From NCBI GenBank assembly GCA_963834385.1, contig CAWIBO010000005.1:672001-736000 (forward strand): a stretch of 64,000 nt of DNA, in the 5' to 3' direction. This stretch comes from an uncultured Verrucomicrobiae bacterium. GTDB taxonomy: Bacteria; Verrucomicrobiota; Verrucomicrobiia; Chthoniobacterales; UBA10450. Made by a program: the position numbers and the translations under genes. Every line of letters begins with the position of its first letter. Position 1 is the stretch's first letter. The notes under the pieces are model-generated. The model did not search any database, had not been told where the DNA came from, and worked only from the letters and a program-made list of their open reading frames with translations. Positions 57,637 through 64,000 of the stretch are shown here, in pieces.

Positions 57637-58332
57637 CTATTCGAAACGCTTGGCGATGACTTCTTCCTGGCGCAGGACGCTCTCCCGCCAGAGGAAACCG
57701 CGCTTCAACCGCAGGACGATTGAGCCGTCTTCCTCCTTGAAATCGGCCGGTTCAAAGCTCATGACCCGGTGCAGGGTCCGGTCGACCTTCTCGCCCGGCT
57801 CGATCAGGGTCACCTCGAGGCGGCGCAGGACCTCCAGGAGGGAATGGATCGCGTTCTCCAGGTTGGCATGCCATTGCCCGATGATGCCGGCTGCCGCTCC
57901 GTCCGCCTCCGCCCGGCCCAGTTGCGTGGAAAGCTTGCTCAGGTCGTCAAAAAGCACGATCAGATCGCGGATAAACGGTTTCTGGAGCGATTCCCGGAGG
58001 AAATCGTCGCGGTATTTCACCATCTCCTCGTGCATCGAGTCGAAAAGACGCTGGTTCACGCTTTCGCTGCTCCGGATCGCCTTCATCTGCTCTTCCACCC
58101 GGTCCAGCTTCTCGGACAGCCCCTTGGACACGCTCAAGGCCAGCCCCTCCAGCCGGGCCGCCGTGCTCATGGCAAACTGGTCGAGGGACTTCTGCAGCGC
58201 GGCCACCTCTTCCCCACCGTCCCCATGGTCGGCCACGGTCCCGTTTCTCCCCGGTCCCTTGCCCGAGGCCTGCGCGCTCAGTTCCTGCATGGCCGAGGCG
58301 AAATCGTCGTCGATCCTGATCACGTCCTGCAT
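57637..58332 (-). CDS. grpE: GrpE-like nucleotide exchange factor
   Basis: Coiled coil, then G..D..LH and KRGF....VLR..V beta domain; adjacent to Hsp70; ATG at 58332. Confidence 0.75.
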   Translation of the reverse strand: MQDVIRIDDDFASAMQELSAQASGKGPGRNGTVADHGDGGEEVAALQKSLDQFAMSTAARLEGLALSVSKGLSEKLDRVEEQMKAIRSSESVNQRLFDSMHEEMVKYRDDFLRESLQKPFIRDLIVLFDDLSKLSTQLGRAEADGAAAGIIGQWHANLENAIHSLLEVLRRLEVTLIEPGEKVDRTLHRVMSFEPADFKEEDGSIVLRLKRGFLWRESVLRQEEVIAKRFE

Positions 58333-58333
58333 C

Positions 58334-59851
58334 CTAGGCGTTCCTTCCGAAATATTTGCGAATGGCGTCGACCAGCCCGGGGATGTCGTGCCGCGGCGCT
58401 TCGACCGCCACTTCGAGGCCGTGGTCCCGGGCCGTTTTCGAGGTGATCGGACCAATGCTCGCCACCTTCATGCCGGCGGGCCAGGCCAGCCCAAGGGCAA
58501 GAAAATTGTCGACCGTGGAGGAGCTGGTGAACGTGATCAGATCAGCGCCCTCCTCCAGCAAACGCTGCCGGGCGCCTGTAAGATCACGCGTTTCTCCCAC
58601 CGTCCGATATGCAAAACCTTCATCGACAATTGCCCCCAGCTTCGAGAGTTCTTTCGGTAGCACGTCCCGCGCCTGTTCCGCGCGCGCCAGCAAGATTCGC
58701 AGATTTTCCACCCCGCCCTCTTTCTTGAACTCCTTCACGATGGCCTCAGCCACGAACTCCTCCGGCTGCAGGTCGACCTTGAGCCGAAAATCGCGCACCC
58801 GTTGCGCCGTTGCGGGCCCGATCGCGGCAATCCGCGCCCCGCCGATCTCGCGGGCGTCATCGTAGAGCTTGTAGAAAAGGTCGAAGAACGCGTCCACGCC
58901 ATTCGGGCTGGTGAAAATGATCCAGTCGTAGCCATGGGCATCCTGCACCAGCTCGGCAAAGGCGCGCAGATCGGTCGGCGGCTCAATTCGGATGGTGGGC
59001 AGCTCCAGGATATCGGCCCCCAGCGCCTGCAGCCGACGGCTGAGCTCGCCCGCCTGCTTCCGCGTCCGGGTCACCACGATGCGCCGGCCCGAAAGCGGTC
59101 GTTCCTCAAACCAGTTCAGTTCGCGGCGAAGAGTCACCACCTCGCCAAAGATGGCCACCGCCGGCGGGCGAAAATCCTCTTCCAAGGCCCGGCCGGCCAC
59201 CTGCCCCAGCGTGCTCACCAGCGTCTGCTGTCTTCCTGTTGTTCCCCAGCGCACCAGCGCCACCGGCAGATCCTCCCGGAACCCCTGCGCCGTCATCTCC
59301 GCCGTGATCTCCTTTAATCGCTCAATCCCCATCAGCATCACCTGGGTTCCACCCAGCCGGGCCAACGCCGCGTAATCGATGGAACTTTCGCCCGTTTCCT
59401 CGTGCCCGGTGAAAAAGGTCACGCTGGTGGCAAGACCCCGGTGCGTCACCGGCACGCCGGCATAAGCCGCGGCCGCCACGGCCGAGCTGATCCCCGGGAC
59501 GATCTCGAACGGAATCCCGGCCCGGGCCAGCGCCAGCGCCTCTTCGCCGCCCCGCCCAAAGACAAAAGGATCGCCCCCTTTCAAGCGGACGACGCATTTG
59601 CCGGCCGCGGCTTTCTCCACCAGCAGGGCGTTGATCTCCTCCTGCCCGAGCGTATGCGCGCCGGCCTTTTTGCCCGCGTAGATGATCTCGGCCGTTTCGG
59701 GCGCCCACTTCAGGATCTCGGGATTGCTCAGGTAATCGTAAACCACGACCTCCGCCTGCCCGACGCATTCCTTCGCCCGCAGGGTCACCAGCCCGGGATC
59801 TCCCGGTCCCGCGCCCACGAGAAAACATTTACCCTTCTCTTTTTTCGCCAT
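58334..59851 (-). CDS. cobA: uroporphyrinogen-III C-methyltransferase / synthase (CobA-HemD fusion)
   Basis: GAGPGDPGL, RLKGGDPFVFGRGGEE and PGISS; HemD part FTSPNGV, AIGPAT and FTSSSTV. Confidence 0.94.
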   Translation of the reverse strand: MAKKEKGKCFLVGAGPGDPGLVTLRAKECVGQAEVVVYDYLSNPEILKWAPETAEIIYAGKKAGAHTLGQEEINALLVEKAAAGKCVVRLKGGDPFVFGRGGEEALALARAGIPFEIVPGISSAVAAAAYAGVPVTHRGLATSVTFFTGHEETGESSIDYAALARLGGTQVMLMGIERLKEITAEMTAQGFREDLPVALVRWGTTGRQQTLVSTLGQVAGRALEEDFRPPAVAIFGEVVTLRRELNWFEERPLSGRRIVVTRTRKQAGELSRRLQALGADILELPTIRIEPPTDLRAFAELVQDAHGYDWIIFTSPNGVDAFFDLFYKLYDDAREIGGARIAAIGPATAQRVRDFRLKVDLQPEEFVAEAIVKEFKKEGGVENLRILLARAEQARDVLPKELSKLGAIVDEGFAYRTVGETRDLTGARQRLLEEGADLITFTSSSTVDNFLALGLAWPAGMKVASIGPITSKTARDHGLEVAVEAPRHDIPGLVDAIRKYFGRNA

Positions 59852-60773
59852 GAATTTTCTCCATCAGTTCGCGGGCGATTCCCTCCGGATCATCCGGTGA
59901 ACCCTCGGCTTCCACCATGATCGGTGCCGCCGCCTCTCCTTGAAAAAGTTGGACGCGCCCCTTCAGTCCGCCCGCTGCCACCGCCGCCGCCACGCCCACC
60001 GGAGTTCCGCAATCCCCCTCGAGCAGACGCAAGAACTCACGTTCCAGGCGCAGGCAGGTCATCGTTTCGGCATCGTTGAAACCACCGGCGGTCTCCAGCA
60101 GGAAGGCGTCGTCGGCCCGGGCTTGCACGGCAATGACGCCCTGCCCGCCCGCGGGCACGAAGAGGGCCGGATCCAGCCGCTGCAGGTGGATGTTTTCCCC
60201 CTCAAAGACAATCTGGTCGCCCGAGCAATCAAACCCAAGACGCTCCAGGCCCGCCCGCGCGAGCACCATGGCGTCGTGTGCGCCGCCCGAGAGTTTGCGC
60301 AGACGGGTCGGGACGTTGCCCCGCAGGTCGGCCAGGAGAAGATCGGGCCGCTGCCAGCGCAACTGGCGTTGCCGGCGCACACTGCCCGTGGCCACGGTCG
60401 CTCCGTGCGCGAGCGTTTCCAGGGCGACGGCTTGCCGCGCCAGGAGCAGGTCCTCCGTGGCGGCCCGGGGCAGCACCGCCGCCAGCCGAAACTCGTCCCC
60501 CATGGCGCTGGGCAGATCCTTGGCGCTGTGCACCGCCAAATCCACTTCGCCGGCCGCGAGGGCGCGTTCGATCTCGGCCGTAAACATTCCTTTCCGCCCC
60601 GCCATTTCCTCCGCGGGCACCGCCCCTCTTTCATCACCACGCGTGCGGATCACCCGCACCTCGAGAGGCTGGCCCCCGAGCAACGGCCGCAGGGCCGCCT
60701 CCACCAGGGCGGTCTGGGTCCGGGCCAGGTCGCTCCCTCGTGTCCCAAGGACAATGCGATCACGATCAGCCAT
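59829..60773 (-). CDS. hemC: hydroxymethylbilane synthase
   Basis: GTRGSDLA, KGMFT.EIE, VHSAKDLP, RGNVPTRL and GDC motifs. Confidence 0.95.
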   Translation of the reverse strand: MADRDRIVLGTRGSDLARTQTALVEAALRPLLGGQPLEVRVIRTRGDERGAVPAEEMAGRKGMFTAEIERALAAGEVDLAVHSAKDLPSAMGDEFRLAAVLPRAATEDLLLARQAVALETLAHGATVATGSVRRQRQLRWQRPDLLLADLRGNVPTRLRKLSGGAHDAMVLARAGLERLGFDCSGDQIVFEGENIHLQRLDPALFVPAGGQGVIAVQARADDAFLLETAGGFNDAETMTCLRLEREFLRLLEGDCGTPVGVAAAVAAGGLKGRVQLFQGEAAAPIMVEAEGSPDDPEGIARELMEKIHGEKREG

Positions 60774-60779
60774 CTTGCC

Positions 60780-61853
60780 CTAGGACGCGGGGGAACGCAG
60801 GGAAGCGTCGCTCAGCGGGACTTCGTTCCGTTCCGCCCGCGGCCCCCGCCCGCGCCCCTCATTCAGCCAGTCGCAGAACTCGGTCACGTGCTCCTCGATG
60901 ATCGCTTCGCCCGCCGCGATTTGCCGGCGGCGCAGGGCCAGCGATTCATCCGCAATCGCCTGCAGCGAATCCATGTCATAGAGGTAAACACCCTCCATCT
61001 CGTTCACCTCCGGGGCCACGTCGCGCGGCACCGCGATGTCGATCAGGAACAACGGGCGGGCCCGTCGTGCGCGCACGATCGGTTGCAGAATCTCGCGCGT
61101 CACGATCGGCTCCGTCGCCGCGGTCGAGGAGATCAGGATGTCGATCTCGCGGCATTCCTCCTGCCAGGCGGTGAAGGGAATGCTCCGCCCGTTCACCAGG
61201 GCCGCCAGGTTGGCCGCCCGCTCCCCCGTGCGGTTGGTCACCCGCAGATCGCACACCCCGCGCGAGACCAGGGCCCGCGCGGTCCGTTCGCTGTTCTCCC
61301 CCGCGCCCAAAAGCAGCACCTTGCACCGGGTCAGGTCGCCAAAAATCTTGCCCGCAAGGTCCACCGCGACCGACCCGACGGAAACGGCGCCCCGCGTGAT
61401 GTCGGTCCGCGTCCGCACCTGCTTGGCCACCCGGAAACCGCGCTGGAAAAGACGGTGCAGAAGCGGGCCCGCGCTGCCGGCCTGGCGCGCCTCCGCATAG
61501 GCTTTCTTCGCCTGCCCCAGGATCTCGCTCTCGCCCACCACCATGGAATCAAATCCGCACGCGACCCGAAACAGGTGACGCACGCAGTCGGACCCTTCCA
61601 GCCGGTAAAAAACGCCCGCATCCTCCTCCGCTCCCCCCGGCGCCTGCTGCCGAAGCTGCCGCCGGATGGTTTCGGTGGAAACTGATTCCTCCGAGGCCGC
61701 ATAAACTTCCACCCGGTTGCAGGTGGTCAGCAGAAGCATTTCCCGGCAGCCACTGGCCTGGCGCAGCGCGCTCGCCGACAGGCCGCACCCGTAGCGCTCG
61801 CGTGTTTCCACCGTCGCGGTGTGATGGCTCAGGCCCACGCAGAAGAGGTTCAT
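60780..61853 (-). CDS. hemA: glutamyl-tRNA reductase
   Basis: GLSHHTA, TCNRVE, DSMVVGESEILGQ, GAGE and DIAVPRDV motifs; ATG at 61853. Confidence 0.95.
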   Translation of the reverse strand: MNLFCVGLSHHTATVETRERYGCGLSASALRQASGCREMLLLTTCNRVEVYAASEESVSTETIRRQLRQQAPGGAEEDAGVFYRLEGSDCVRHLFRVACGFDSMVVGESEILGQAKKAYAEARQAGSAGPLLHRLFQRGFRVAKQVRTRTDITRGAVSVGSVAVDLAGKIFGDLTRCKVLLLGAGENSERTARALVSRGVCDLRVTNRTGERAANLAALVNGRSIPFTAWQEECREIDILISSTAATEPIVTREILQPIVRARRARPLFLIDIAVPRDVAPEVNEMEGVYLYDMDSLQAIADESLALRRRQIAAGEAIIEEHVTEFCDWLNEGRGRGPRAERNEVPLSDASLRSPAS

Positions 61854-62647
61854 GAAACCGGGGGGCGCTCCGAGATAAAGGTGATGCCCCAGAGCAGGCC
61901 GACCGAGGCGATAAACGCGGCCACGCAAAGTCCGGCCACCCGGCGCGGCGCCAGGCGCCCCCAGTGGCGACCCTGCAGGATCACCGCATAGAGAACCCAG
62001 ACCGCGACCGCGAGGATCATTTTCACCACCGGCAACGGTTGCCCGGTGAAAAAGCCGCTGGCAATCCCGGCCGTATAAAGAGCAAACCCGACCCAGACCA
62101 GCCGCGTCATCGCGGCGTAAAGCGTGGTCAGCGGCGGCAGATTGCGAAAGAGGGAATGCACGTCGCGCGCCTTGAGTTGGCGTTCCTGCAGCAGGTACAT
62201 CAGGCCGGCAATGCAGGCGAGGGCGAAGGCGCCGTAGGCCAGCATCGACATGGAGGCGTGAAACTCGAGCCAGGGATTCACCTCGATCCGCCGGACCGGC
62301 GGCCGGTCAATCGGCATCAGGAGGGCAAACGCCTGCAAAAGAAACACCAGGGGCGCGGTGAAGGTGCCCATGAGGGAAAGCCGGTAGACCGGCCCGACCG
62401 CCATGTAAAAGAGCGCGATCGCCCAGGCCAGGAAGGCGAAGACCTCGAAGAGATTCGTCAGCGGACAACGCCCAAGCTCTTCCCCGCGGAAATACAGGAA
62501 AAGGGTCTGGAGGACGAACCCCGCGAGGACGGCGAAAAAGGTGAACGGCGTCGGCTGAAACCCGCCCGCGCGCACGGAAAAAACGGAGCGCGCCACCGCG
62601 AGCAGGAAGCAAAGGGTGGAGGCATGCAGGTAAAGCCGTTCGTCCAT
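61850..62647 (-). CDS. cytochrome c assembly protein CcsA-like (HemX-type) membrane protein
   Basis: About 8 TM helices; P..NLFE, W..FH and QERQLK..LPPL motifs; upstream of hemA. Confidence 0.85.
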   Translation of the reverse strand: MDERLYLHASTLCFLLAVARSVFSVRAGGFQPTPFTFFAVLAGFVLQTLFLYFRGEELGRCPLTNLFEVFAFLAWAIALFYMAVGPVYRLSLMGTFTAPLVFLLQAFALLMPIDRPPVRRIEVNPWLEFHASMSMLAYGAFALACIAGLMYLLQERQLKARDVHSLFRNLPPLTTLYAAMTRLVWVGFALYTAGIASGFFTGQPLPVVKMILAVAVWVLYAVILQGRHWGRLAPRRVAGLCVAAFIASVGLLWGITFISERPPVS

Positions 62648-62710
62648 CTCCGGCGCACCTTACGGGCGGCTGACTTTCCTGGCAATTCCCGGGTCCCCGC
62701 CCCGGCGGGC

Positions 62711-64000
62711 TCAGTTGATCGTGACCAGCGTTCCCACCGGGATCTCGGCGAAGAGCTTTTGCGCCTTTTCCGAGGGGAGACGGATGCAGCCGTGCGAGGC
62801 CGGGTAATTCGGCACCACCCCGGCGTGCATCCCGAAATCAAGGCAGTTCAACCGCATGAAGAACGGCATCTGCACATGGTAAATGCTGGAGCGATGGCTC
62901 CGCTTCTTGTCCGTCACCACGAACTCGCCCGCCGGCGTGGCAAACCCTTTTCGGCCGGTGGAGACCGGCGTTTTCATGATCTCCACCCCGTTGCGGAAAA
63001 CGGTGGCCCGCTGTTCCGAAAGGGAGATCTCCACCCGCAGTTCGCTGGGCTCCGGCCCTTTCCCGAGCAGCATCTGCACGCAGCGCCATTTTTTCGTCCG
63101 GGAGGCAAAATAAAGCGCGATCATCTTGTTGCGGCCGGTCTTCCGGAAACGCTCCGCCCCCGCGTCCAGCAGGGCGCGAACATAGTCTTCCCGGCCCATT
63201 CCCGCCGCCAGCATGAGCACGGTCAGCCCCCGGTCGCTCGTGAGAAAGCTCCGCAGAAAGCTGCTCTCGACCTTGTCCATGAATTCTTTCTCCGGCGGCC
63301 CGGGCAGGATGGCGTTCGGATCGATCCCCGCGCCCAGCAGAGTGGTAAAAAGCGGCATGTCGTCCTCCATGATGGCCGCCGCCAGCAAGGGCACGGTCGA
63401 GCCTTCCGCCGTCGGCATGGCCGCATGCTTGCCCAGGAGAAAACGGACGGTCTCGACGTCCCCCTCCACCGCAGCCTGGCGCAGCGCCGCGCGCGTTTCC
63501 GGTCTCCATGGCAGCTCGCCGCCGGTCCGTTGCAGCACGGTCTTGATCAACTGGACGTCGCCGGTGGCGCACGCCATCTCGAGCAGGGTCCGGCCATCTT
63601 CCCCCGCCGATTCCACCCGGTGCACCTTCGGCAGGAGCAGCTCAAACGCCTCGCGGTTTTTCCCCAGCAAGGCGTGATGCGCAGCTGACCATCCTTGCAG
63701 GTCGGTCGCATTCGGATGCACGGAACGGGCCAGCAACATTTGTAATAGCTCCAGGTCGCCCCGGCGCGCCGCGATCATCAACGGCGTCACCCCAAATTCA
63801 TCCGGCACATCCACCCGCGCCCCCTGCTCCATCAGTTCGCGCGCCAGCTCCACCTTGTTCTGCATCACCGCGGCCAGGAGCAGGCTCCGGCCCTCTTCCC
63901 CACGCGCATCCGGGTCCAGCGGCACCGGCGCAGACACCTTCGCCACCGCCACAGGAACGGCCGTGCCCGGCACCTCCTGACGGGTCGGTTGCAGGGCGAT
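62711..64000 (-). CDS. ankyrin-repeat protein with C-terminal L,D-transpeptidase (YkuD) domain, 5' partial
   Basis: Ankyrin repeats (GVTPLMIAA, GLTVLMLAA); STGRKG.ATP.G and SHGCIRL motifs; frame stays open to the window end. Confidence 0.88.
   Translation of the reverse strand: MALQPTRQEVPGTAVPVAVAKVSAPVPLDPDARGEEGRSLLLAAVMQNKVELARELMEQGARVDVPDEFGVTPLMIAARRGDLELLQMLLARSVHPNATDLQGWSAAHHALLGKNREAFELLLPKVHRVESAGEDGRTLLEMACATGDVQLIKTVLQRTGGELPWRPETRAALRQAAVEGDVETVRFLLGKHAAMPTAEGSTVPLLAAAIMEDDMPLFTTLLGAGIDPNAILPGPPEKEFMDKVESSFLRSFLTSDRGLTVLMLAAGMGREDYVRALLDAGAERFRKTGRNKMIALYFASRTKKWRCVQMLLGKGPEPSELRVEISLSEQRATVFRNGVEIMKTPVSTGRKGFATPAGEFVVTDKKRSHRSSIYHVQMPFFMRLNCLDFGMHAGVVPNYPASHGCIRLPSEKAQKLFAEIPVGTLVTIN

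Overview
High-GC bacterial chromosome segment, most likely Verrucomicrobiota (inferred from gene content and protein style, not from a search). It is mostly core genes: tRNA-Arg, ribBA-ribH-nusB-ftsY-oppBCD-msrB-oppF-rarD, lipA, recR, a ClpX-like ATPase, a Ser/Thr kinase, RluA, hemL, tRNA-Cys, rpsN, sucC-VOC-sucD-citrate synthase, a phosphohexomutase, lnt, tgt-yajC-secDF-rpsU and ccsA-hemA-hemC-cobA/hemD. No integrase, transposase, reverse transcriptase or cas gene was recognised. The main observations: (1) a tandem array of 147-bp structured repeats, each starting with the 3' end of tRNA-Cys and decaying away from it; (2) a specialised GrpE / lid-less Hsp70 / degenerate J-domain-FGE chaperone module; (3) four 11-bp-phased TnnACA repeats (CarH/LitR-like operator) over the start of an ECF sigma gene with no adjacent anti-sigma, upstream of GH-GT2 and GT87-like genes; (4) unusual fusions or variants (ABC-2 permease-amidohydrolase, ankyrin-L,D-transpeptidase, ClpX with a duplicated small domain, degenerate class III cyclase); (5) three single-base frameshifts that may be consensus errors; (6) repeated signatures of leaderless or short-leader promoters. 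All calls come from motif recognition by eye; no database searches were run.
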